From NCBI RefSeq assembly GCF_964204645.1, contig NW_027437456.1, forward strand, positions 38,001 through 102,000: 64,000 bases of DNA, in the 5' to 3' direction. Every line of letters starts with the position of its first letter. Position 1 is the stretch's first letter. Source of the DNA: Tubulanus polymorphus (lineage: Eukaryota > Animalia > Nemertea). The position numbers and the translations under genes are program-made. Of this stretch, positions 50,152 to 62,735 are shown in pieces. The notes under the pieces were generated by a model. That model saw nothing but the letters and a program-made list of their open reading frames with translations, ran no database searches and was not told the origin of the DNA.

Positions 50152-51733
50152 TTAGTATTTTTCAGACCATTTCATCTTCACCTTCTCTTGGTACTCAATA
50201 TCATTATGGTATTTGCTAAGCACTCTAGATTTTTTCAATGCCCGAAAGCCTGAGTCATCTTGATATCTTTGATTATCATATTGTTTCTTTGTTGCTTTTT
50301 TAAGTTCAGGATTTAGCAATTTTTTGCACCATGAGCATTTAGTTGCCTCATATTGTTTGACACATAACACAACTTCATAATGTACATTTCTGCAGTTTCT
50401 TAAATAAATGTTGCCATTTGAACCATAAGCATTGGGAGATGCGTTAAGTGCTGAACCATCAAATCGTAACCAACGATCATCTGTATTTGTGTAAATATCT
50501 GTATGAAGTAAATCTGCTGTTGCTAATATTTCAACCTCTGTCACCCACGTACTTGTATATTTCATACGGGATTTTTCAATATAGTCGTTTACACTAAGAT
50601 TTGGATTTCTCAAATGTGGGCAAAATTCAGCAGCATTCTGTTCCATGTGTTTCAAGACTCTAGTACGTATAGCTCGATGATATTCCTCAGTTCCACAGAT
50701 GGTGTAAGAAATTGCACGAAAAAAACAGCTGCCATCGCCTTTAATTCTTTTTATATTGCATGGGGAACCAAGTTGACCATTGTATGAAGGCATACATTCA
50801 TATCCAAGTGATAAGGGTCTGCAATGAATACCTAGAATAGGGCATAATGTTTTGCACTGACCTTTTTCTAGTGGGCAATAAATTAAATATCATCATTCTG
50901 TATAGATTCACCAGTAATAATGACATCACATTCGTTATTCTGGATTGAATACATTCGTTCATCATCTGTACTGGTTTCTTGGTAATGTTGAATGTATGCT
51001 TGAGTTTGTGGTTCGATGACACTAGTCCCATCTGTAGTTTCTTGCAAACATTTGATATTACCTGCTGTTATTTCATACTGTATTGGTTCCCTTAGATTCA
51101 TCGAAGCTGCAAGATTCTGACAATGTTTGACAATACAATGAACACAGAAGTACCTTACTATCATAGCCTGTCCATTAGCAGTCATCATTCCTGATGCATC
51201 TCTTGAATGTGAATCAAATACCCAGCACTCTCCATACTGTTTCAAAACACAAAATGTATTTCCTGCAAATGTAATAAAACAGGAGTTGTATTCAAGAAAA
51301 ATATTGTGTAAACGTTCACTTAATTCATGGATAATTCCAAAATTTCCAGCTCTCGTTTCATCAGTTAATTATGATAGAGCAACTTGTGGGGCTCCAAGGC
51401 AGACATTATAAATTGAATTTCCAATCTCAACAGCAGTTGGTAGTTCACTAATTAATAAAGACATATTTGTAATTGCATTCATATTAGACAATGTTGCATA
51501 TAAATCATTATTAATACTGAATCAATATCATGGGGCGTCCAGTTTATCAAATCTTTATTTGATGCCTGAATCATTGCAGCTAATGCATTAGTTACACATT
51601 GCTTACCAGAATGAATACTGAATTTTGTATGGCCTTGGTGGTAGTTTCCGTGAATTGATGAGCTTCTAATATTGCCAACACTTGAACATGACTCACTGTT
51701 ACATTGATTTAAGTCAAAATTACCTGATTTCAC
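50152..51733 (-). pseudogene. VTD/C76-type and OTU deubiquitinase domains of copy B
   Basis: GNYHQG...SGKQCVTNAL...W...DID.VL and WVFDSHSRD (VTD); GDGSCFFRAIS...HYEVV (OTU). Confidence 0.85.
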
Positions 51734-53066
51734 ATCAATTGTCCCAGAAAACTTTTTTGCAACATGATTTGTAGTCTCACAATTATTCCAAGTTTGTCCA
51801 TAGTTTTCATTTCATGGTTCTCATTCATTTTCTGTTCATAGTTCTGATTCATTTTCAGTTCATTGCTTTTTCATTTTGAGTTTCTTGAGAGTTTTCATTC
51901 TGAGCTTTTTGAAAGTTCTCATTTTGAACTGTTTGAGAGTTTTCATTTGTAATTTCATTAACAATTTCATAAGCTGTGTCCTTGATTTCATCTTTCTTCT
52001 CATGTACAATTGGTATAGTAGAGGCTGAATAACCTGCAACCACTTCCGCTTTCTTCTGAAAATAGCACAGAAAATTCATTCACTTCTAATGATTGAGTTC
52101 TTCTGAGTTCTGACTAATGTAAATTTGATTGTTAATCACAATATAAACACTTAGAATCTATCCATATGTATATTCCTTATAGCATGTATTGGCAGATTAC
52201 AGACAACAGAAATCTGTTTATTTTACTGTAAACATTTACAAGGTAAGGTGTGCCTAAAACTGGCCTATGTGATTATGCATTCCTAACGCAGGAGGAAAAA
52301 AGCATACCACCATATACGACAGTATGTGATCTTTTCTTCAATTATATTAACGATCTTGAGGACAGAGGGTTAGGGTCTAGAGGGTTAGGGTCTAGACGGT
52401 GTTAGGGTTAATTAAACATTACGGAATATTTTATATAAAATATAGAATATAAACCTCCCTCCTCGATGACTTTTTGTACAACATCTGATGAGTATCAAGT
52501 AATTTATTTCATATGGCCTAATCTTCTCTTGGGAGTCCAGCCGATTCGCACATGCGCACTGGGGTACATCCATATCGCAGATTGAAAAGATTGTCTACAT
52601 ACCACATAGGGCAGGCCTCCTACATGTTGCATAAAATATTTGTGACAAAACACACGCACTCGCCAATGGGCTTGGGACACAGTCCTTGGGGTTTTTTTAT
52701 ATCGTATCTGTACTTTGACTGTTGATTCTGCAATACATCAGAGAATAACATCTCGCTACTGATACGTTTAAAAACATTATGGCCGCCGCTGGCTCCACGC
52801 ACGGCAACATCGCAAAACACTTACAAACGTTTTTCAATCTAAAATTAAAACTTTTATTCTATATGACACTTACTTGTAATATTACCGAATACATCCTATT
52901 ATTCCATCCATCTGTGGACTATGGAACGCCATCCTAGCAAAAACTCTACATCGCATTTTAACAACGTACTCGCAATCTTACGACCAGCGTTGAATTTCTT
53001 ATACAACCAACTCGCAATCTTACAACCAACGTTGAATTTCTTATACAACCAACATTGGATTTCTTA

Positions 53067-54550
53067 CAGTATGCCGTCATCGTACACCAGGTGGCGCTGG
53101 GGTAAACTATTACCGCTTTAACGGATTATACCGAACTTCGCAATACCATTCCGATTTTAGACACATTTAGATACTTTGATATATTAACTTGGGGTCCAGG
53201 GACACCATGCCCACTTGGGAAGTGGTTTCCAATGCTCAACAATCTAACAATTTCAATATTCAACACCCCCTGGTGACCATATACAAAAACCAATGACCTT
53301 GAAACTCACTACAATCATAGAACATGTCAGCAGCTACGATTTTGTTATTGATTGTGATAAAAAAATATGCCTGGTTATCACTAAGTAATTCTACTATTCG
53401 ACGCCCCCTGGTGACCATATGCAAAACCCAATGACCTTGAAACTCACCACAATAATAGAACATGTGATAAACTACAATTTTGCAATTGATCATGGTAACA
53501 AAATATGCCTAGGTTCCAATCTAATAAGGAAATACTAAGTTATTCTACTATTCAACGCCCCCTGGTAACCATATAGAATAATTTATGTCCTTAAAACTCA
53601 CCACAATCATAGACAATGTCATGAGCTACAAGTTTGCAATTGATTGTGGTAACAAAATATGATTAGGTATCAATATAATGTGGAAATCTTTTTCCCACCT
53701 ACGAATTAGATGGTACCAAGATGGCCAATTGCGTCATAATTGGCCTATCAAAAATACCTGGCTCAGGTATAAAACATCCTTCCAAACTTCCAAAGAATAC
53801 TCTTCACAAATTGCATTGAGAAATGGCAAACCAGTAGGAAACTACAGGACTCGGGGCAAAATTGACATTTTTGGGCACTTAAAAGGTCATAGGACGGTCA
53901 TCTTGTGTCCAATCGGCCCAATTTTTCTTATGGTGATGGGCCCTTGGGAGATTCAAATATATACGAACGATCAAGGTAATTGATTTAAGCGTCTTCAAAA
54001 TTTCCCTCAAAAAGTTCAAAAAGTGCTGATTTTGACAAACATGGCTGCCAGTTGGCCATCTTGATTCTGACAGGGCCAGAAGATGTGTCTAGGGTAGATA
54101 CATGTATAAACCAAATATCAAGACATTACCTTGAAGCGTCTTCAAAACTTCCCAAAACAACTGGATTCCGTCTACGGACGGACGGACGGACGGACGACGG
54201 GCGTAAAGTAAATGCAATAGCCCGCTGGGACTAAAGTCCCAAGTGGGCTAAAACTCAAAATTTTCAATTAGCACGATTTATCAAAGATGGTTTAGATGTA
54301 TATAGATCCCTCCTGTATCCTGTCAATTGTAAATAGTACACTGTATTTGTATATATTGTGAATAACCTTGTTAAGTTTTTAAAATCTTTTTATTTTTCTC
54401 TCAATATGTAAATATTTGAAACAAAATCATTTTTTCCTCCACGTACCATGGAAATGGTTCGAGAGTAATAAAATTATCTTATACACGATGACGGCATACT
54501 ATTAAAAATAATTCACCACAGTGTCACCTGGTGTACGATGACGGCATACT
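53067..54550. mobile_element. Non-autonomous TIR element (TA-CAG start, Tc1/mariner-like) containing a nested DINE-1-like element; right end cut by Polinton 2
   Basis: agtatgccgtcatcgtacaccaggtg (53068) is the reverse complement of cacctggtgtacgatgacggcatact (ends 54550). Confidence 0.75.
53186..54253 (-). mobile_element. DINE-1-like non-autonomous Helentron (HINE), complete
   Basis: Sub-TIRs gcccacttggga / tcccaagtgggc, a terminal stem-loop, (GGAC)n microsatellite, internal tandem repeats at 53255-53670 and a short hairpin at the other end. Confidence 0.82.
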
Positions 54551-56760
54551 AGTAATAGGGAATATGGGGGTTCAGATCAAAGGTCGAGAGGTCGAGTTCA
54601 TAAAAAATGAAAAAATTTCTCGCACACTCGAATTTATTTTTCATTTTTTATGAACTCGCCCTCTCAACCTTTGATCTGAACCCCCATATTCCCTATTACT
54701 CTTATAATATTCATATATATGAATATGAATAACTTCGAAAATCAATTTTAATAGAAAAATGGATATTAAAATGGAGCCAGAACAATCACAAACTAACAAT
54801 ATTACAAATAATAATAATGGTGTTATAAATATTTATCAGAAGACATGTTGCAAATGTAGAAAACGTAAGCCATTTAAAGATTATTATAAACGTAAGATCG
54901 GCAAAGATGGTTTACGACATAATTGCAAAAGCTGTTATAATCAAAGTAATCAACAATATTATAGAGATAATATTGAAGCAAGCAACGATACAGTTAAGCA
55001 ATGGAAGGAAAATAATCCAGAACGCATTAAAGCGTATCAAAATAAATATCATAAAGAAAGATATCAAACAGATTTTAATTTTAAAATGAAACAATGTCTA
55101 GGTAATAGATCATCACAATTATTCAGTAAAGAAGCGCATTCAGTTACACTATCTAATTTATTGGGGTGTTCAGATGAATTTCTCAAATCATGGATAATAT
55201 ATCAATTCGACGATAAAATGAATGAAAAAAACTATGGTGAATACTTTCATATTGATCATGTGTTGCCGATTTCTAAATTTAACATGAATGATGAACACAA
55301 TCAGAAATTAATCTGGGGCTGGAAGAACTTAAGACCTTTAGAAAAAGTTGAAAATATTAGGAAAGGAAATAAACTAGATATGAAATTATATTTGAAACAG
55401 CCGTGTAAAGCAAAGACATTTGTTGAATTATGGAATTCAACACAGAATGAAAAACACGTTGAATCTTAAGCGTTTATAATAAGAACTCTACTCGAGTCCC
55501 TCGTGTATATAGCCATGTGTGTATATAGCTATCCATATAACTGCCTATATGCATTTATACTAGCATCTGGCGCAGCTATATTCAGTTGAATGGGGAGTAA
55601 TGCCTCATTTGAATATTGATCGAACGTGCTCTTTCAATTGTAAGGAATTAATTAATTTCATCATAAAGAACACCCGTTACCATCCAGGCAAACGTACAGA
55701 AATAATCATCTTGGTCGAAGGTGCGCCACGTTGGCAGTTAGCAATCAACATTCACATACATAGGACGTATTGGATATTCTCTCTCGAAACACAGTTCACA
55801 GTTCTAAATCTAAATGTAAGTACCGTTTTTGTAGTTATTATGAAGTAGGGAAACCTTTAAACATATTTAAGTACAGTAATTCATTTTCACAACAACGCTG
55901 GGTTATTTGTATTGATATATATCTAACGACAGCTCCGTGACTTTGGAATACTCCGAGCTGTAATAAAGTGAAATACAAGCCACTTCCCAAACTCACAAGC
56001 AATGATTTGACTTGTGTTGAATTTTAACATAAACCTGGTTCAACTTCAAGTTATTATTATTTTCTACGCTAGATATCTTTTAGATAACAAAATGAAGACA
56101 ATTCAATCAAGAAGGTGAAGATGGATGGATTCTGAATCAGAAATTATGGATATTTCATCACAAGAGACTGAAGCTGTTTCATCATGCTGTATTATATATG
56201 CCGGAATTGCAGTTGCGCATACGTCAGTCGTTCGGTTGTTATTAATGGTGACGGCTGTTCTGTATTGATTGGTTACAATTCTATGTTTAAATGTTGTAGT
56301 TTACAGAATGAATTATACGATTGACACGTGCGCACTGAGCCAAAGCGGTCTTCTAGGACCGCTTTTCTATTGTTCTCCATTGTTCTATCTTCGATCGCTA
56401 CAATTTGCATAATGAATATATGTGTTTATGAAATAGTAATTCCACCAGGCGTTTCGTTGAATTGATTTTCAGTTGAGGATTTGATATCAAGGATCCGAAA
56501 TGACTTATCTGGACAGTTATAATTACTGCTCCTATTAGATAGACAATAGTAGTGAGATATTGAATCCTAATTTAAATAAAAAGTATTAAAAAAACAATAA
56601 CTTCAACTATATAGTGAATTCTATTATATTTTTAATATTTTCTTTTGCAATTCTAATTGACACTAGATTGAATAGATTTTGATAAGAATTGAATAAAAAA
56701 TTACATATCTTCAAATAGATAGTGAATTCAATTATATTTTTAATATTTTCTTTTCAAAAG
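54551..56760 (+). mobile_element. Left-end fragment of a second, related Polinton
   Basis: Starts AGTAATAGGG with a 150-bp hairpin (54551-54700), then the HNH gene, then blocks homologous to 25660-25930 and 26595-27030. No right end found. Confidence 0.88.
54759..55469 (+). CDS. Intact HNH/His-Me finger endonuclease with N-terminal zinc finger, 236 aa
   Basis: KTCCKC...KDGLRHNCKSC; FHIDHVLP...WKNLRPLEKVENIRKGNK. Confidence 0.88.
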   Translation: MDIKMEPEQSQTNNITNNNNGVINIYQKTCCKCRKRKPFKDYYKRKIGKDGLRHNCKSCYNQSNQQYYRDNIEASNDTVKQWKENNPERIKAYQNKYHKERYQTDFNFKMKQCLGNRSSQLFSKEAHSVTLSNLLGCSDEFLKSWIIYQFDDKMNEKNYGEYFHIDHVLPISKFNMNDEHNQKLIWGWKNLRPLEKVENIRKGNKLDMKLYLKQPCKAKTFVELWNSTQNEKHVES

Positions 56761-58462
56761 GAGAATACTTTATATTTTGATAAGATTTGAAAGATTTGGT
56801 TTTCTGCATAGCCATTCAGAATGATTGGAATTGTAGTAAATTGAAATACCGATACATGAAATAAAATGCATTGACAGATTCGAACCTAATATGCAAACAC
56901 TGTGTTAACGTCAAATATGATTCAGCTTTGAAACCGAAAATACGCGGACGTACAATCAACAAATATGAATTTATTTGACCAGGCATTTATTTTGGCATTC
57001 AAACATCATGATACTGTATTATCACCATGCTTAAAAATTGATCCGTCCTATTATCCGTCCTCTAAAGCACCTGCTGAGTCGATAGATTGAGTGAATTTAC
57101 AGATAAGAACGTATTATGATTTAGAATAGATTTAAGAAGTTAATGTTTTTATTGAAATATTTGAATAAATACATATATTGTAGTGTAGATTCAATCAATA
57201 AATTATGAATTGATTTGGTCTGGGTTTCCGGCTGATGTTGATTTTGGCTTTTATGGATTACAAATTCTATAGTGATAAACAATTGATACCTGCAACATGT
57301 GTGTAAATCAAACCTATTCCACTAGTTGCGTGTGTTTCCTAATAAACGGGAGAGTCCCACTAGTTGCGTGTGTTTCCTAATAAACGGGAGAGTCACTCTT
57401 GATCTGAGTTATTAGAAAAATAATGTTCATTTAGTTCATTGCCTTTTTGAAAATTCTGTAATAATATTTGTTCTTTCCTAATTTTTATTACCGTATGAAC
57501 CAATGATATGCTTTGTAAATATGATGTTATAAAATAAATTTGAATTTGAATTAAATTTGAACATGAGAATCAGGCATAACTTGTGTTTTTTCAACTTGTC
57601 TTTTGTTAACAGTTCCAGAGTTTCAATTACAATCAAATTCAAATTGGCTAAAAAAAGTACATAGGACTAAATGAAATGAACCGTTTAGTTACTGCAAACC
57701 TATTCCAGTGTTATGTCGATCGTGTTGAATCACTTTCCCTGAGTTAAAAGAATCAGATCTTCTATGGTACAACATCGGTCGAAGAGAGACATCTTGGTGT
57801 TGACGGTCCTTGACCATCTAACTACATGCATTTGACATTGGAATCAGCATCATACCCATTTGAACTGCAAAATATTCATACAACATGAAAACCTACAGTA
57901 CATGTATACAGTAATCAAACTTTCACCGATGTTGGATATTTGAATGAACATTAGGTTTATTTCAGTATTCTAAAGCAGGAAATAATAAGCCCAATCAATA
58001 GGCCCTATTCCCATTGGAACAATTGTATAATGCGTACGCTATACTGTACACTTATTAGTCAAGAATGGAGAAAACGGTATACCAAACCTACGAACAGCAA
58101 AATGTACATGCCTACAATGATTTCTGGTAATACAAGCCGTGACCACATGAACGTTTTGGTTTGACTAATAATGTCAGCAGGTCAGAGAAGGCCTGGCCAA
58201 ACTTAACCACATGGCTCAAATCAATTAGCCTTTCTGCGTGTGAATATTTCACTGTATTGTTTTAAAAATAGGCCTATCGAGTGAATTAGTACATAGAATG
58301 AATTAGACTTTAGGCTAGTCCTGACCAAATCCTATCCATGTTATAATGGCACCAGTTAGGCCCTATAGTAACATCACTGGAGGGCCGACGAGAGGAAAAA
58401 AGTTGTGTTTGTAGTACATAGGCATGGTAGGCTTGAGGTACTCACTTAATACTTAAAACGCT

Positions 58463-58787
58463 GTTGTTATCTGTACGTGACTGTACGGCGATTTCTACAG
58501 GTTAGCCGTATGTGAGTACGTTGACGCTCAGACTCGCAATATTGGGATTCGATACCAAACGAAAAAAAAATCCAGTTGAAGTCCGGTGATTTACCCACTG
58601 TGCCCCAGAACGTAACTGCAGGGTGGATGAAATTTGATTTACAAATAGCCTAGCCACACCTACCCCAAACTCTATTCTTTCACGCTTGCCCGTTTGCAGA
58701 TTATAGGAACTCACGTACAGCGTTTTTAGGGAACTCACGAACGGTTAACCTGTGGATATCACCGTACAGTCACGTACGGGTAACAAC
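58463..58787. mobile_element. MITE with ~55-bp imperfect TIRs
   Basis: gttgttatctgtacgtgactgtacgg... / ...ccgtacagtcacgtacgggtaacaac. Confidence 0.75.
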
Positions 58788-59560
58788 TATGTACTTAAAA
58801 TGCTATTGGGTACTATAAAATAGGCCTATATATAGACAAATAAATACCGATAGGTAGGCTTTCTTAGCTCCACACTTCCACACAACCGAACCAACTGACC
58901 AACCAGTATATTTATTCCCAGTACGCACCAACCGGCACAGGCCTAACACTGTTTGTCAACTGTGTGTACCGTAGTAGGCTATCGATAATCACCTGATACT
59001 TTTCTGTCGTTTGTTTTCTCTCTGAGACGAACGTAATTCTAGTAGCCCTCCGCGACTCAATTAAACTTGATCAATTCAAAATCTGTTTATTGACGCTTTT
59101 GGTTACATGAACTGATCAGCAATATACTTAAATGAAATAACCGGAATAACAAGAAATCAAAAATATTAAAGAGGTAACAAACAAATGCCCGTAAACCTGT
59201 TAGACACGCGAACGCCGGACTCGTAAACTCTTGGACTGGGACCCACTGAGCAATAAATTCATAAAATTGACTTTGAAATTGATTGTGGAGAAGAGAGGAA
59301 ATTATTCGATAGCTCTTCCTCGAAAAGAAGAGAGAAATTTCGAAAAAAAAACACAACATGGCTACTAATTGAGCGGAGCCAAATTTCCGATGTTTACGGC
59401 TCGACAGTGCCTTTATAACGTGGATTCATCAAAATTCCCATGCAGTATCTGGAGATTGAAGTGAGCTGAAGGATATCATACGGATTGTATCGGCGACAGC
59501 GGTATGGTAAGGAAGCCTTTACGCTTTTAACAAAAACTGTGTGGAAAAGGGAAAAAAAAT

Positions 59561-62551
59561 AATAAATATAGCTGCAAAGCAGCGATAACGGGTTTCTGCC
59601 TTGCTGGATACAATGTCGTACAAGCGTGCGTGCAAACATTTCACCGAAAGGTGCGCCACCTAGGGGTCAACTTATGACATGGATATGTTGACCCACAAGG
59701 GCTTCTACGCGCAAAGTACTAATGTACCAAGTTTAGAGGAAATCGAGAATAGCGAAGATACAGTATTTTTACCATTCCCTAGTGGCAGTTGTATGAACTA
59801 ATTTTGGCGGTTTGCGTACTATACTTATGTTTATGTACTCACACCAGGTTTTTGTTTAGGTCTATCATAAAATGACTAATTTCACGTAAGGAAACGGATG
59901 TTAGAATGAGTTTTCGAAATGTACGCCCCCTACTGGTTAGAATAGGAACTTATTATGAGAGGGGTTCGTTGTATCTTATATCCAGGTATACGTGTATCAA
60001 TTTTCATAGAAATCCCTTTATCCGCTTAGAAGATATGAATGAAAATGTATTTCCAGCAAAATGTAGGTGGCGCTCCTGATGAACCGTATAAGTTACCTAT
60101 TTAAACCATACATCACTTCAAGTATCTTGAAAAGGGCTGCTAACCACACATTGCAACCTCGATTCTATCGCCAACGGTTAAGGACCTAGGAGCAAAAATC
60201 GTTGTTTTCACAGTTCCCTGGTGGCAGTTGTATGAACTATTTATGCAGGATGGCATATTACACACATGTCTTTGTACTTATACCAAGTTTTGTGATTTTC
60301 ACAATAAACAGACCGCATTAAATGTGAAAAATGGATGTTGAAATCGATTTTTCAAAATTTACGCCCCCTAGTGGTTAAAATGGGAACTAATCATATAAGG
60401 GGTTCGTTTCGTTTAGTAACCAGGTACATGTGTATCAATTTTTATAGAAATCCATTGATACCCTCAGTCGATATAGATGAAAATGCGTATTCCAGCGTCT
60501 TATAGGTGGCGCTACTGGCGAACCATATGAGCTACATAGTTATACCATACATCAATACAAGCATCTTCGCAAGGGCTACTGGTCAATCGTTGCAACCACA
60601 ATTCTCTCCACCGCTTAAGGAGCTAGTTGCAAAAATCTCTTTGAAAAATTTGGGGGCCCATTTTCGAGCCCGTAGAGCCCAAACGGTTAATCGCAGATAG
60701 GGCGTGCCATTGAATTTTTTAGCCTCCAGGCTGTTATGAACAACTTTCGAGCTCGGCCGAAGCTGAAAACTCAAAGACAAAAATTTTTCTCACACAGTTA
60801 CTTTTCGATGTCAGAATTTTCAAATGTAAAACGCCCCCTGGTGGGTGAACGGGGTCCCCAATCAAAGATCCCTTCGACTTACCTCAAGGTACCTGTGATC
60901 CGTACATCTCACGAAAGTTTCAAGTTAATCCGTCAAGGAATATTGTAATGCTCACAGAATATAGCCATCTAGGCTCTCGCGTATAGATACCGTAGCTGCA
61001 TTCATTAGCTCTATCCAGGGAAGTTACTGCAAGGATGCTATTGCTTGTATATGAGGCACAAAAATTCCTCAGTTGCATTCACTCGAGACTGACCCCATTC
61101 AGTGCGCCACATATATATAGCACCCTAACGAAAGCCGGTGCTCGGGGAACTAAGCTCGGTACCTTTAAAATATATAATGTAACAATATCCGTAGTTATAG
61201 TATGATAGTGTATAATTCCAAAGCTAAAGCTGTTTATTTCTCGAATCGTGGAAGGCAAATGTGTTACAATATTTGATATGATAGTAGTAATTGTTTAATA
61301 TACATATAGATATTCATGCAACTATTTGCGACACTTCAGTCATTTTATCTCTTGCTATTATAATCGTAGTAATGAATCTAACATTCGTTATAAGTTAATC
61401 TTAATTCCGATCGGTCTTGACCAACTAGCGGACGTGAGCTAGTAAGCATCATAGACTTTTAGCCAACTTAAGGTAGAGCGGCGTGTGCTCAACTCTGACC
61501 GATATATTCTTCTCTCTAATATTTCAGTCATAATCCACTATGAATAATATGACTTCACAATTATCAATGTCAATTCAGTTATCTTCAAAATTGATAGATT
61601 TAAAAACAAAGTCTTCTTACCTTTAAAATATATAATGTAACAATATCCGTAGTTATAGTATGATAGTGTATAATTCCAAAGCTAAAGCTGTTTATTTCTC
61701 GAATCGTGGAAGGCAAATGTGACCCAAGACCGATCTTGGGTCCCCATCTCACCTTCCACAATCCACCAACCCCAATTCTTCTGATTGGTCAAAAACAAAA
61801 ACTGGTTAAAGATAATTGGTGGATACTTGTTGCCTGGTCAAAATGTTAAGTTGTCGCTTTGATATGAAACAGTTATAAAAAAATTGCATAACGAGGACTA
61901 TTTTCGGCAGAGAGGGCAGAGGATGTTTACACACATCTTAAAGCAGCTTAATGGAGGCCAGATGACTGACCCCCTGGATTTCGTTAGCAGCAGATAACAA
62001 CATTGTGTTGCTGCCCACGGGAAAAGTTTCGAAATACTTAACTATCAAAATACTGAACTATTATTGTTCCCAGACAACGAATATCCACATTTTGATGGAT
62101 ATAAAACTCGGTACATCCACTATAAAATCAATTTCATTATTATATAATCGATTACAACATCTGATAAATGGGAATATATGATAGATAAAATATGATAGAA
62201 TGTGAGAAAAAATGTCATAAACTGTCGCTTTGTTATATCTATATATAAAGATACTAAACACTACTGATCTAGTACACACGCTCTATCACTGCTTATAGGG
62301 ACACTGACATAAACAGACGCGCTGTGGGAATGACACGTAGGCAATACACATACGTAGATGGATACTGTTTGAATCGGGCCTAAATTTCGATGTTTAGAGG
62401 CTCACAGTGAGTAAACAGTGCAATTCTGATTAATATCACGTACATTATTTGTCAATGCAGCGTAGTACTTGTGATACAGAATGGTTTCACCGACAGTGAA
62501 AGTAAGTTGCAGTTGTTTATATCCTTTCAGTAAGATCCAGTGTGAAAAAGA

Positions 62552-62594
<43 letters not shown>

Positions 62595-62690
62595 CAGCAG
62601 GAATACAATAGGGTTTTGCGAAGGCAGCAGAAACCCTAATAATCAGCAGGAATACAATAGGGTTTCTGCGAAGGCAGCAGAAACCCTAAT
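59561..62690 (-). mobile_element. Second family of DINE-1-like non-autonomous Helentron, about 3.1 kb, with ~438-bp internal tandem repeats
   Basis: One end is agctgcaaagcagc hairpin plus gggtttctgc. The other end is (AAT)n plus the stem-loop tagggtttctgc..gcagaaacccta (duplicated). A fragment of the internal repeat also occurs at 9311-9503. Confidence 0.7.
61160..61721. repeat. 102-bp exact direct repeat (61160-61262, 61619-61721), period 459 bp
   Basis: acctttaaaatatataatg...ggaaggcaaatgtg occurs twice. Confidence 0.9.
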
Positions 62691-62735
62691 AATAAATATA
62701 GCTGCAAAGCAGCGATAACGGGTTTTCTGAGCAGG
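62691..62735 (-). mobile_element. Terminus of a further HINE copy abutting the previous one
   Basis: aataaatatagctgcaaagcagcgataacgggttt is identical to the terminus at 59561. Confidence 0.65.

Larger units (their letters stand above)
44845..52060 (-). mobile_element. Helentron copy B coding region (VTD DUB, OTU, repeats, Rep, PIF1 helicase, APE endonuclease), heavily fragmented; termini not identified
   Basis: Ordered motifs as listed in the sub-features; splice acceptor tgctattttcag near 52056. Confidence 0.95.

Noticed and set aside
52364-52410. TTAGGG-like repeats as a telomere
   Set aside because: Only about three interrupted units, internal; such motifs are common inside transposons.
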